A DNA stretch of 26,042 nt from positions 1 through 26,042 of IMG/VR virus record IMGVR_UViG_2724678986_000024; one strand, given 5' to 3'. The position numbers were made by a program, and so were the translations under genes. Origin of the DNA: a virus. Taxonomy: Duplodnaviria > Heunggongvirae > Uroviricota > Caudoviricetes. The notes below the pieces were generated by a model. The model saw only the letters and a program-made list of their open reading frames with translations. It ran no database searches and was not told where the DNA came from. Within the stretch, counting starts at the first letter, position 1, and the number at the start of each line of letters is the position of its first letter. Positions 1 to 9,610 of this stretch are shown here, piece after piece.

Positions 1-306
1 GAAGAAAAGCAGTAAATGATTTGCTTTCTGCGATCTTCAGAAGAGCTGAAGGTCTTCGATACCAATGAGTTTAGTGAGGTCTTCAATAAACTTGGTTCAA
101 GCTTCGAATTCGATGTTGAAATGGGCAAGGGCGAAACCATGAAATACATCCTGGCGCTGAAAGATCAGCCTGAGGCCGCTCAGCTGGCCTTACGTGTTGG
201 TATTGCCGTTGCGAAAAGTGACGGTAACTTCGATCAGGACGAGAAACTGGCCTCCCGCGAGATCGCTATCGCGTTGGGCTTCGACCCGGCTGAATTTGGC
301 CTCTGA
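1..306 (+). CDS. terB: TerB tellurite resistance protein, C-terminal part; window starts inside the gene, in-frame TAA at 13-15 precedes the ATG at 16
   Basis: Translation 16-306 resembles the recalled TerB C-terminus (GETMKYILALKDQPEAAQLALRVGIAVAKSDGNFD...GFDPAEFGL). Codons 1-12 read EEKQ in the same frame, then stop. Followed by terC. Confidence 0.75.
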
Positions 307-328
307 TCCACATCCCTAAGGGTAAAAT

Positions 329-1369
329 ATGGTTTCCACACACATCGGCTTCCCGACTGAAACGGTCATTGTTTTCATTGCGCTTTCAGTCGGTGCCATC
401 TTTATTGACCTGTTTATGCACCGTGATGACAAGCCCATTTCCCTGAAGAGTGCGGCGCTCTGGTCCGTATTCTGGGTTGTGGTTGCGATGGCATTTGCCG
501 GTTTCCTCTACATCCACCACGGTGCTGAGGTTGCCAGCCTGTTTGTAACGGGTTATGCGCTGGAGAAAGTGCTGTCGGTCGACAACCTGTTTGTCATGAT
601 GGCCATCTTCTCCTGGTTCGCCGTTCCTGATCGTTACCGCCACCGTGTTCTCTACTGGGGGATCATTGGTGCCATCGTCTTCAGGGGCATCTTTGTCGCC
701 ATCGGTACGAGCCTGCTGAGTCTGGGGCCGTATGTTGAAGTTGTCTTCGCTATCATCGTCGCCTGGACGGCGGTCATGATGCTTAAAAGCGGTGATGACG
801 ATGATGAAATTGAGGATTATTCCCAGCATCTGGCTTACCGCATGGTTAAACGCTTCTTCCCTATCTGGCCGAAGCTCAGAGGTCATGCTTTCCTGCTTAA
901 CCAGAAGGAAGTGGATGCTGAACTGGCGAAACCAGAAAACAGCGATGTCACCATTGGCCGTGGTAAAAAGGCGGCGCTGTATGCGACCCCTCTGTTCCTG
1001 TGTGTGGCCGTGGTTGAACTCTCGGATGTTATGTTTGCGTTTGACTCGGTACCGGCAATCATTGCCGTCAGTCGTGAACCGCTTATCGTCTATAGTGCCA
1101 TGATGTTTGCTATCCTGGGCCTGCGTACTCTGTACTTTGTCCTTGAAGCACTGAAACAGTACCTGGTTCATCTGGAGAAGGCCGTTATCGTGCTGCTGTT
1201 CTTCATCGCGGCAAAACTGGGCCTGAATGCGACCGATCACATTTGGCATCATGGTTACAGCATCGCGGCGACAACCAGCCTGTATGTTGTACTGGGTGTT
1301 TTGGCGCTGGGCATTCTCGCAAGCGTCATGTTCCCGGGCAAACCTGAATCTGAGGAAAAGGGGAGCTGA
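329..1369 (+). CDS. terC: TerC integral membrane tellurite resistance protein
   Basis: 346-aa ORF with multiple hydrophobic segments and an acidic DDDDEIED loop; position between terB and terD; resembles recalled TerC. Confidence 0.93.
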   Translation: MVSTHIGFPTETVIVFIALSVGAIFIDLFMHRDDKPISLKSAALWSVFWVVVAMAFAGFLYIHHGAEVASLFVTGYALEKVLSVDNLFVMMAIFSWFAVPDRYRHRVLYWGIIGAIVFRGIFVAIGTSLLSLGPYVEVVFAIIVAWTAVMMLKSGDDDDEIEDYSQHLAYRMVKRFFPIWPKLRGHAFLLNQKEVDAELAKPENSDVTIGRGKKAALYATPLFLCVAVVELSDVMFAFDSVPAIIAVSREPLIVYSAMMFAILGLRTLYFVLEALKQYLVHLEKAVIVLLFFIAAKLGLNATDHIWHHGYSIAATTSLYVVLGVLALGILASVMFPGKPESEEKGS

Positions 1370-1417
1370 TCCCCTGAAGTGTTAACCTGAACAATTACTA
1401 ATCGAAGAGGTTATTTT

Positions 1418-1996
1418 ATGAGTGTTTCTCTTTCCAAAGGCGGGAACGTCTCCCTGAGTAAAGCAGCTCCGTCAATGAAAAACGTCCTGGTGGGCCTTGG
1501 CTGGGATGCGCGTTCAACAGACGGTCAGGACTTTGACCTGGATGCTTCAGCATTCCTGCTGGCCGCAAATGGCAAAGTGCGCGGCGATTCAGATTTCATC
1601 TTCTATAACAACCTGACGTCATCTGACGGTTCCGTAACCCATACCGGTGATAACCGTACCGGTGAAGGTGATGGTGATGATGAATCGCTGAAAATTAAAC
1701 TGGACGCCGTCCCGTCTGATGTTGACAAGATCATCTTCGTTGTCACTATCCATGATGCTCAGGCTCGTCGCCAGAGCTTTGGTCAGGTATCCGGTGCGTT
1801 TATTCGCCTGGTCAATGACGATAACCAGACTGAAGTCGCTCGCTACGATCTGACCGAAGATGCGTCCACTGAGACTGCCATGCTGTTCGGCGAGCTGTAT
1901 CGCCACAATGGTGAGTGGAAATTCCGCGCAGTGGGCCAGGGTTATGCTGGTGGTCTGGCATCTGTATGTGCTCAGTACGGCATTAACGCGTCCTGA
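1418..1996 (+). CDS. terD: TerD tellurium resistance protein
   Basis: 192-aa ORF with TerD-domain motifs ([30 protein letters not shown]); RBS GAAGAGG upstream. Confidence 0.93.
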   Translation: MSVSLSKGGNVSLSKAAPSMKNVLVGLGWDARSTDGQDFDLDASAFLLAANGKVRGDSDFIFYNNLTSSDGSVTHTGDNRTGEGDGDDESLKIKLDAVPSDVDKIIFVVTIHDAQARRQSFGQVSGAFIRLVNDDNQTEVARYDLTEDASTETAMLFGELYRHNGEWKFRAVGQGYAGGLASVCAQYGINAS

Positions 1997-2063
1997 TCGA
2001 AAAGTAACTTTTCACCCGGGGCTGTTAATGCAGCCCTCATTCAACTGTTTGCAGGAGCTAAAA

Positions 2064-2639
2064 ATGGCAGTTTCTCTCGTAAAAGGCGGCAACGTATCTC
2101 TGACCAAAGAAGCACCAACCATGAATATCGCTATGGTTGGCCTCGGCTGGGATGCCCGTGTAACTGACGGTCAGGCTTTTGACCTGGACGCTTCCGTGTT
2201 CGCAGTAGGCGAAGACGGTAAAGTGCTGTCAGATGCGCATTTCATTTTCTTCAATAACAAAACCAGCCCTGATGGCGCGGTAGAGCACCAGGGCGACAAC
2301 CGTACCGGTGAAGGCGACGGTGACGATGAGCAGGTCAAAATCGATCTGACCAAAGTCTCAGCAGATATCAAAAAACTGGTGTTTGCCGTTACCATCTATG
2401 ATGCAGAAGCGCGTAAACAAAACTTCGGCATGGTGAGCAACAGCTTCATGCGCGTTTACAACAACGACAACGGCACGGAAATTGCCCGTTTCGATCTGTC
2501 TGAAGATGCCTCAACCGAAACCGCTATGGTCTTCGGTGAACTGTATCGTCATGGCGCTGAGTGGAAGTTTAAAGCTGTCGGTCAGGGCTTTGCCGGTGGC
2601 CTGGCGGCTCTTGCCTCCCAGCACGGCGTTAACATCTAA
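2064..2639 (+). CDS. terE: TerE tellurium resistance protein (TerD paralog)
   Basis: ATG at 2064 preceded by AGGAGC; product [18 protein letters not shown]... parallels TerD. The six-frame ORF from 1860 is an upstream extension overlapping terD and was trimmed. Confidence 0.9.
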   Translation: MAVSLVKGGNVSLTKEAPTMNIAMVGLGWDARVTDGQAFDLDASVFAVGEDGKVLSDAHFIFFNNKTSPDGAVEHQGDNRTGEGDGDDEQVKIDLTKVSADIKKLVFAVTIYDAEARKQNFGMVSNSFMRVYNNDNGTEIARFDLSEDASTETAMVFGELYRHGAEWKFKAVGQGFAGGLAALASQHGVNI

Positions 2640-2656
2640 AACAACGCTGAATCATA

Positions 2657-2681
2657 CCCCGGCAATGCCGGGGTTTTTTTT
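2657..2681 (+). terminator. Rho-independent terminator after terE
   Basis: CCCCGGC-AAT-GCCGGGG hairpin followed by a T8 run. Confidence 0.8.
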
Positions 2682-3067
2682 GGTTGCGATCCGCTTTCAG
2701 GAGGGAGTAGTAGAAAGGGGACTGGAAATTTCAGAAAGCAGGTCATGTTAATTCAGACCTGAGCCTTTTAAAGGCAGGAAACGGATTTATCTCTGGTTGC
2801 TGGTTAAAGCCGGTATTCCGTGCCTTTTATCAACAGAATGCCCCTCTGATATATGTTACTTTTGCGGTTTATGAAGGAACGGGATCTGGAACATAAGATA
2901 CCCGGTCAATCAAAATTCCAGTTCAACAGGTATAGAAACTTCAGCGTGATGAAATATGGTGTCACACCATATATACGCCTCACCAGAAATCCAGCGTCCT
3001 GAACTAAGCCTGGGGAACATATATAAGCGCTGCGCTTTAAAAATAATCAAAAATCAGGAGAGTTAAT

Positions 3068-4309
3068 GTGAATCTACAATCCGGACAAAACATACCGCTT
3101 CAGCAATCTGCGATCAGGCTGAATCTTCAGTACCCTGCCAAATCCGGCTTTAAAGGCGAACCCGATACCTGCCTCTTCCTGCTTAATGCTCAGGGAAAGG
3201 TAACCGGCGATTCTGACTTTATCTTTTATAATAATCTGTCTTCTCCTGAAGGGGCAGTAAAGCTCGTTACCGGTTCTCAGCAGTCCAGCATTGAGATAGC
3301 ACTGGATCGTGTTCCGGCGAACGTCAGTAAGATTGCGATCACCGTTGTCATTGATGGTGAAGATACTATCAGTGGGCTCAGTTTATTGAGCATTCAGGCT
3401 CCTGGTATCGCTGATTTTCAGGCTGAGACTCAGGGCCGCAGTGAGAAAGCAATCATCCTGGGTGAAGTATATCGGCACAATGGCGCCTGGAAGCTTCGTG
3501 CGCTCGGGCAGGGTTTCAACGGTGGTCTTGAGCCTCTGGCCATTAGCTTTGGCGTTGATGTCGCACAGCCAGCTCCGCAGCCAGCAAAGCCCGCTCGTAT
3601 CAGTCTGGAAAAGAAACTTGAAACCAGATCTCCGCGCCTCGTAAGCCTCGCTAAAAAAGCCTCGGTCAGTCTCACTAAAAATAAACTGGACACCCTTGAG
3701 GCAGCGGTTGCATTTGTACTTGACGCATCCGGCTCAATGAGTGGCCAGTTCAGTAAGGGCAACGTTCAGTCTGTGCTGGACCGCATCGCCGTTCTTGCCG
3801 CCCAGTTCGACGACGACGGTGAAATGGATGTCTGGGGATTTGGAGAGAAGCACAAGAAGTATCCAAACGTCACACTGGACAACCTGGACACATATATTCA
3901 GTCCATTCGCGGGTCTGGAAAGCGTTCAGCCTGGGAGAACCTGCCGGGACTTGGTGGGACAAACAATGAGCCCCCTGTGATGGAAGAAATTGTCGACTAC
4001 TTTAAGGACTCGAAAATCCCGGTATATGTTGTATTTATTACCGATGGCGGGATCAGCAAGACCCGGGCGATTAAAGATGCAATCCGGCGTTCTGCCAACT
4101 ACCCCATCTTCTGGAAGTTTGTCGGCCTGGGTGGTTCAAGCTACGGTATCCTCAAAAATCTGGATGACTTTACTGACCGCCGGGTTGATAACACCCACTT
4201 CTTTGCCATGGATGATTTCGGTTCGATCAGCGATGAAAAGTTATATGATAATTTACTGGAAGAATTCAGACCGTGGATCGATGAAACAAAAAGGTTAGGC
4301 ATCCTGTAA
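3068..4309 (+). CDS. terF: TerF-like protein: N-terminal TerD domain fused to C-terminal vWA-like domain
   Basis: GTG start after AGGAGAG RBS. N-terminal TerD motifs ([33 protein letters not shown]); C-terminal half has a MIDAS-like DASGSM motif; 413 aa matches recalled TerF size. Confidence 0.8.
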
Positions 4310-4337
4310 TACGCACAGTTTTCGCATGGTTAAAGGA

Positions 4338-4372
4338 GCTCTACAGCAGCTTAATACTGTAGAGCCTTTGTT
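4338..4372 (+). terminator. Hairpin plus T-rich tail downstream of terF (possible terminator)
   Basis: GCTCTACAG ... CTGTAGAGC 9-bp stem followed by CTTTGTT. Confidence 0.4.
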
Positions 4373-4399
4373 CACTGGAAATCGTACAGGGAGGAGCAT

Positions 4400-4531
4400 A
4401 TGGACCGCATCAAGTACCTGAAATGGATAGCTGAAGAATCACCAACTGATGATGAAATCGACAACTACGATAGTATCATTAGTCGGGGCGCAGAAAGGGC
4501 CGAGAAGGTTCAGTTGTCTTTAAGACGTTAA
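4400..4531 (+). CDS. Small hypothetical protein (43 aa)
   Basis: ATG preceded by GGAGGAG RBS; acidic peptide MDRIKYLKWIAEESPTDDEIDNYDSII...; no recognisable family. Confidence 0.25.
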   Translation: MDRIKYLKWIAEESPTDDEIDNYDSIISRGAERAEKVQLSLRR

Positions 4532-4871
4532 TATACGGGAGTTTAAATGTTCGCAGAAATCAAAGATAATTATTCGTTAGGTGGATAAAGAAAGGTTGCC
4601 ATTACCAGCTTTCGACGAGTCGAAAATAAAAACCTTATTTATAGTGACAGGGAGTATGAGCTGACGCTTGCCAATGGAACAATAATTAAAAATGTACTTA
4701 GAAAAGAAGAGTGGGAACTGTTAGAAAGCAATTCAATTAAGGTTATATTATAACGAAAATATATTTACAGTTTTGGATAGGTTTCAAACGAGTCCGGACA
4801 TTTGTACCTGAAGTATCTGACATTACAGTTAAGTGACGATTATGTCAGCACGTCTGTTGCTGGCAGCTTAG

Positions 4872-5153
4872 CTATCGGTCTAAAAGCTGATCCATTAATA
4901 ATTCTTCGTAAAGCCCAGAGGTATCGGGCTTTATTACAATATCCGTTATTTCGAAGCGTTCAAGTACAAATTGCAGATATTCCGGAGTAACGTAGTAGGG
5001 ATCAGGTTCAGCCAGATTAGTATAGAGTGGGTCTTCTGCTGCATTAATGTCATAATCAATGCACATATGAAACCACTGCAAAGGTGGATCCCAGCCTAAC
5101 ATCACCTGAACAATTCCCTGATTGCTTTTCACCTCATACCAGTGCTGGCTCAT
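4872..5153 (-). CDS. Hypothetical protein (93 aa), last gene of a leftward three-gene cluster
   Basis: Intact ORF co-oriented with 5203-5394 and 5486-5857 with short gaps; no family recognised. Confidence 0.5.
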   Translation of the reverse strand: MSQHWYEVKSNQGIVQVMLGWDPPLQWFHMCIDYDINAAEDPLYTNLAEPDPYYVTPEYLQFVLERFEITDIVIKPDTSGLYEELLMDQLLDR

Positions 5154-5202
5154 ACTTAGTCCTTAAGAAAATTTGTCATCGGAAAATAACACGAAGCCTG
5201 CA

Positions 5203-5394
5203 TCATCGAGGCGCATAACCTTCTTCCCTTAACGCCTGTTGTAATTTATCAACTGCGCTTTTCATTACCCAGGCTTCTTCGTCACTCACAGCACAACCAC
5301 GTAGATCGCTCCAGCTCAGACGTTTAACAAATTGAGCAAGGGCCATAGTTTCGTTCTCATCAAGCCGCAAACTCAGTGTCTCAATACCTTCCAC
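5203..5394 (-). CDS. Hypothetical small protein (63 aa)
   Basis: Intact ORF in the same leftward cluster; no family recognised. Confidence 0.4.
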   Translation of the reverse strand: MEGIETLSLRLDENETMALAQFVKRLSWSDLRGCAVSDEEAWVMKSAVDKLQQALREEGYAPR

Positions 5395-5485
5395 TATCTA
5401 ACCTCCCTTATAATGAAAAATGGCGCTTTACTTCTGACCAGATGCCGAAGCCTTGAATGCAGCCGGAACTGTCGTTGTTTCTACT

Positions 5486-5857
5486 TTACAGAAATGGAAT
5501 TAAAAAGTGGTGATGCTGGGCACGTTTCTTTTCCAGCCGGGGTTTAAGCCAGAGCTGAAACTCATTCAACTTCTCAGCAGCCAAAACCGCTTCAACGGGG
5601 AAAACTTTATATTTACCCTGTTGCTGAGGTTCACCCAGCCATCGCCTGATGGCTCCGTCAGTCCATAAACGAGTCTCTTTTAGCCTAGTTACAGTGACCC
5701 ATTTTCTGGACCATTCATCAAATTGTCGCTGGCGATCCCGATAACGTTGTTCTTCCTGCTGCCGAAGCCACTCGCGATCAACAGCAAATTTTCGGTATCC
5801 AACAAAGAGCCCTTGTACTTTGGCCATGTCATATTCCGGTTGCTTAGAGTTACTCAT
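5486..5857 (-). CDS. Hypothetical basic protein (123 aa), first gene of the leftward cluster
   Basis: Intact ORF with an Arg/Gln-rich central segment (RQQEEQRYRDRQRQ), suggesting nucleic-acid binding; no family recognised. Confidence 0.5.
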   Translation of the reverse strand: MSNSKQPEYDMAKVQGLFVGYRKFAVDREWLRQQEEQRYRDRQRQFDEWSRKWVTVTRLKETRLWTDGAIRRWLGEPQQQGKYKVFPVEAVLAAEKLNEFQLWLKPRLEKKRAQHHHFLIPFL

Positions 5858-6199
5858 TCAACCAAAACCTAAACGTCGATACAAACTCTGTTTCATAACC
5901 AGGGTTTTATCCTTACCGCGACAGTAAGTAACAGGGGCTGCATAAACCGGTCATTTAGTCCGTTATGCAAAAATTATTGAGGATCCGGGCTGTTAAACTG
6001 TTCTTCCTCTTTCGCTTCCGGTGAAAAGGGGAGGTGTCACCCTGCGAGCCCGTGTAGTGAAAGGGATTCGTCGTAATACAGGCCAAAGGCTAACATGACC
6101 GCAAAGGACGCCCGGGCGACCGGATACCTGCCGGGTTGTGCGATGTAAAATCCGGAAGCAGTGATAACACAAACAGGCCCCTACAGCGTAAGGATTGTG

Positions 6200-6592
6200 A
6201 TGGACGATAAAGAGCAGTTTACGAATCTTGTGGCAAAGCATGCCTCCGGACTCACCGAAGAGCAGCTGGCCGGGTACGATGCCTGTTCCCTGGATGGTGA
6301 ATGCGTCACGCCTTCATACGAGGTTTTCCGGGGGTATCGTACCCGCCACACACTGGATGAATTTCTGGAGATGGCCATATCGCTGAATGCCATCCACCCG
6401 GATGAATATTTAACGGATATGCTGCTGAAGCCTCATGAGGTGATCGGCGCTCTGGCCGATGAAGGCGACCAGCTGAACAACGCCACCCCGGTTTATTTCT
6501 TTCCGGATACCGGCGTCTATGCAGCGGCCGTTAGTGAAACCCGGGTGCTCGATGCCTGGCTTTGCTGGCCATGCTACCCGGCGAACTGGTAA
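6200..6592 (+). CDS. Hypothetical protein (about 130 aa)
   Basis: ORF 6161-6592; the internal ATG at 6200 with AAGGA RBS is the more plausible start; no family recognised. Confidence 0.45.
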   Translation: MDDKEQFTNLVAKHASGLTEEQLAGYDACSLDGECVTPSYEVFRGYRTRHTLDEFLEMAISLNAIHPDEYLTDMLLKPHEVIGALADEGDQLNNATPVYFFPDTGVYAAAVSETRVLDAWLCWPCYPANW

Positions 6593-6660
6593 CGCGGCCG
6601 TTGGAATTGCACCGGCCGGATACGAATTTAACCGACCCCGTGGCGGGAAGGCTATCAGAG

Positions 6661-6913
6661 TTGCATGTCCTCATCCCTCAAGCCCCCTGCCAGGCCCCAA
6701 CGTGCTGTCAGGCTTCGCCTGATTCCCGATCTGCGCCGATACTTCAGCCGATAACTTTTTGTTTTCTTTTTATTTTCTTCCCATTTCCTCAAAAATCGCG
6801 GGCGGCGTGGACAGGGCACCATTGCCGCATGTGGGGTCTTAATAAGGGCAGGGTGGTCAGTTTTGCTCGATGCCAGGGGTAGGCCCTCCCCTTCATGGGA
6901 TGAGGACATGCAA
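6661..6913. repeat. 219-bp segment flanked by perfect 17-bp inverted repeats
   Basis: TTGCATGTCCTCATCCC at 6661-6677 is the exact reverse complement of 6897-6913; the interior has a long pyrimidine tract and no convincing ORF. Confidence 0.6.
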
Positions 6914-7064
6914 GTAAGCTAACTATCTGAAATGACGAAGGTTCATTTGGTGAATGTCGCTTCATATTAATGTTGTGTCACTTATGATCGTATGTAGCTG
7001 GTTGCAAAGAGGAGCGATGAGACAATAAAGTTGTATCGCTAACAAGATTTATGCTGCCACATAG

Positions 7065-7168
7065 TAACAGCCTAAAAGTTGTACGCCCTATTTAACAGCT
7101 TTTAGGCTGTTAATTTGATATTACAGCTTTTAGGGTGTATGTTTAGGAAACAGCCTGCAAGGTGTATC
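7065..7168 (+). promoter_or_regulatory. Array of four dyad operator-like sites upstream of hipB
   Basis: Four sites matching ACAGC-N6-G(C/G)TGT spaced about 28 bp apart; the second (7092-7113, TTAACAGC-TTTTAG-GCTGTTAA) is a perfect palindrome. Confidence 0.6.
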
Positions 7169-7192
7169 AGAGGAAACTACTGAGGCCAGCTT

Positions 7193-7489
7193 ATGATCAA
7201 TAATGATTACCCGTTAAACACGCTCAACCAGCTGCGTCCCTTGCTCATTGGTTTTCGCAAGGCGAATGGCCTGACGCAAAAAGACCTGTCCGAAAGGTTA
7301 GGCGTCACTCAACAGACATACTCACGTCTGGAAGCCAACCCTGCCAGTGCGAGCATTGAACGGCTATTCAAGGTGTTTTCCATCCTGGGCGTAAAAATCA
7401 GCTTCTCCTCGGCAACCACCTCTTCAGAGAGGAAGCAGACGGAAGAAATGCTTAAATCAAACTCACCTGCACGACAGGAGGATTGGTAA
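7193..7489 (+). CDS. hipB: HipB-like XRE-family HTH antitoxin
   Basis: 98-aa protein with an HTH segment (GLTQKDLSERLGVTQQTYSRLE); stop lies 4 nt before the hipA start. Confidence 0.85.
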   Translation: MINNDYPLNTLNQLRPLLIGFRKANGLTQKDLSERLGVTQQTYSRLEANPASASIERLFKVFSILGVKISFSSATTSSERKQTEEMLKSNSPARQEDW

Positions 7490-7493
7490 CGAT

Positions 7494-8819
7494 ATGAGCC
7501 GGAAACAGCAACGTCTGGTAATTTGGATGAACGGCATCAAAGTCGGGTACTGGGAAAAAAGCAAAGGGGTAGACAGCTTAGAATACCTTCCTGAATGGGT
7601 TGCTGACGAACAGGGAAGGCCGCTGTCATTGTCCCTTCCTTTTACTCCCGGGAACCAGGTCTGGCGTGGAAATGTGGTACGTGACTATTTTGATAATTTA
7701 CTGCCGGACAGCGAAGGCATACGCAGACGTCTGGCAATGCGTTACAAGGCCGATAGCCTGGAGCCTTTTGATCTGCTGACGGAGCTGGGAAAAGACTGCG
7801 TGGGCGCGATACAGCTGCTTCATGACGGAGATGAACCCACTGATTTATATTCCGTGAAGTATCACCCGCTTACTGAATCAGAAATTGCGGCAACTTTGCG
7901 TAATACCACGGAGACATTGCTACCGGGCAGGCCAGAAGATAACGACGACTTACGTTTATCTATTGCCGGTGCTCAGGAGAAAACAGCCCTACTGTGGCAT
8001 GAAGATCGGTGGTGTATGCCGGAGGGTAATACACCAACGACGCATATATTCAAGCTACCGCTCGGACTTGTGGGGAACATGAAAGCCGACATGAGCTCGT
8101 CGGTTGAAAATGAATGGCTCTGCTCGGTACTTCTCGGCCAGTACGGGCTCCCCGTGGCAAGAACGCAGATTGCTCACTTTGAAGATCAGAAAGCGCTGGT
8201 GGTAGAACGTTTTGACCGAAAATGGTCAGGAGACGGACAATGGATCATTCGTTTACCCCAGGAGGATATGTGTCAGGCCCTGGGCGTTTCGCCATTACGA
8301 AAATATCAGGCGGACGGCGGGCCAGGTATATCGGAAATTATGGAGGTTCTGAGTAATTCAGACCGTGCTGAGCGTGACAAAGCGCAGTTTTTTATGACGC
8401 AGATAATTTTCTGGATGATGGCCGCAACAGATGGCCACGCTAAAAATTTCAGTATTTCTATTGGGCCACAGGGACGTTATCACCTTACACCAAACTATGA
8501 TGTGTTGTCGGCATGGCCGGTGATCGGTCATGGGAACAATCAGATATCCTGGCAGAAGTGCAAACTGGCGATGGCCGTACGTGGCAGTAGCAACTATTAC
8601 CAGATATATCGAATACAACGACGCCACTGGATCAGGCATGGTGAGATAACCGGCCTGAGTAAACAGCAGACAGAGGCGATGATAGAGGAAATCATCGCCA
8701 GAACCCCGGGTGTCATTGAACGTGTTAGCGGGCTTCTTCCGGACCAGTTCCCCCAGCAGCTTGCGGAAAGTATTTTTGATGGAATGAGGCAGCAATGCAG
8801 GCGCCTGGCTGAGAAATGA
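7494..8819 (+). CDS. hipA: HipA-family serine/threonine kinase toxin
   Basis: 441-aa protein sharing blocks with recalled E. coli HipA (FDNLLPDS, GAQEKTAL, LAVERFDR, LPQEDMCQ, ATDGHAKNFS). Confidence 0.9.
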   Translation: MSRKQQRLVIWMNGIKVGYWEKSKGVDSLEYLPEWVADEQGRPLSLSLPFTPGNQVWRGNVVRDYFDNLLPDSEGIRRRLAMRYKADSLEPFDLLTELGKDCVGAIQLLHDGDEPTDLYSVKYHPLTESEIAATLRNTTETLLPGRPEDNDDLRLSIAGAQEKTALLWHEDRWCMPEGNTPTTHIFKLPLGLVGNMKADMSSSVENEWLCSVLLGQYGLPVARTQIAHFEDQKALVVERFDRKWSGDGQWIIRLPQEDMCQALGVSPLRKYQADGGPGISEIMEVLSNSDRAERDKAQFFMTQIIFWMMAATDGHAKNFSISIGPQGRYHLTPNYDVLSAWPVIGHGNNQISWQKCKLAMAVRGSSNYYQIYRIQRRHWIRHGEITGLSKQQTEAMIEEIIARTPGVIERVSGLLPDQFPQQLAESIFDGMRQQCRRLAEK

Positions 8820-8879
8820 CAGCCGCAATTTATAGTGTGCATGTTTTCAGAATAGCTGATGTAAGCGTGAGGATTCAGT

Positions 8880-9086
8880 ATGACTGAAGAACAAAAAAGA
8901 ATAGAGCGGGCTATTGAGTTGGCTTGTCGTTACGGCGGAACCGATGAAATGCATCATCTGCAATGGGTCGTGGATCAGATGGTAAGAGAACTTGCTGGAG
9001 AACGTTATGCACAGATTGTAGCTGATGCCACCAGCGGAGAAGATGGGCCTGATACTTACAAATGGAGTGTTGGGATCGCGCCTTAA
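8880..9086 (+). CDS. Hypothetical small protein (68 aa)
   Basis: ORF with GAGGA RBS directly downstream of hipA; no family recognised. Confidence 0.4.
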   Translation: MTEEQKRIERAIELACRYGGTDEMHHLQWVVDQMVRELAGERYAQIVADATSGEDGPDTYKWSVGIAP

Positions 9087-9187
9087 CAGCTGTCGGTCTG
9101 GGGGTGAAAACGTATTCTTCATTCAGCGAATTCCCAGGCTTCACATTAAGACTAAAGCGGCGGCCGCAGTAACGTAAGAGAAAATAA

Positions 9188-9598
9188 ATGGCTATTTTAG
9201 CAATCATTGCAGTTATCGCCCTGGGTGGGTACGCCTACGGATTTATTAAAACCCGTGAGCTGAGCGCTTTGCGTAAAGAAATGAAACTATACGTGGATCG
9301 CATGGAAGCGGCGGAGCTGGACTTACACGCAATCAGAAGTGTAGCGGAGCACCGGTTGCACGGTGCAGGTAAACAGTTTGCCGACCTTTACAGCCGTATC
9401 GACGGTGCAACTGTGACGCTGACACCCGAAGATCAGCTGTTACTGGCAACGATGCCATTTAATATTCAGGATGTAGAAGACATCGTAAACGAGCGCGGTC
9501 CAAAGACAATTAGCGGCCGTCCATTCTGGGAAGTTGAGCCAGGCCCGCATGATTATGAATATGGCCCGCAATATCCGTATTTCCCAGACCAGCGCTAG
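9188..9598 (+). CDS. Membrane-anchored hypothetical protein (136 aa)
   Basis: N-terminal hydrophobic helix (MAILAIIAVIALGGYAYGFI) then a soluble domain; stop lies 12 nt before the next gene. Confidence 0.55.
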   Translation: MAILAIIAVIALGGYAYGFIKTRELSALRKEMKLYVDRMEAAELDLHAIRSVAEHRLHGAGKQFADLYSRIDGATVTLTPEDQLLLATMPFNIQDVEDIVNERGPKTISGRPFWEVEPGPHDYEYGPQYPYFPDQR

Positions 9599-9610
9599 GA
9601 AGAGATCAAG

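Noticed and set aside
386-1252. 288-aa minus-strand ORF antisense to terC
   Set aside because: Lies entirely within the well-supported terC gene; composition is that of a shadow ORF.
1860-2063. Upstream extension of the terE ORF overlapping the terD 3' end
   Set aside because: TerE homology and the RBS begin at the ATG at 2064; the extension is out-of-frame read-through of terD.
4589-4750. Protein-like open frame ending EYELTLANGTIIKNVLRKEEWELLESNSIKVIL
   Set aside because: No ATG, GTG or TTG start in frame; at most a gene remnant.
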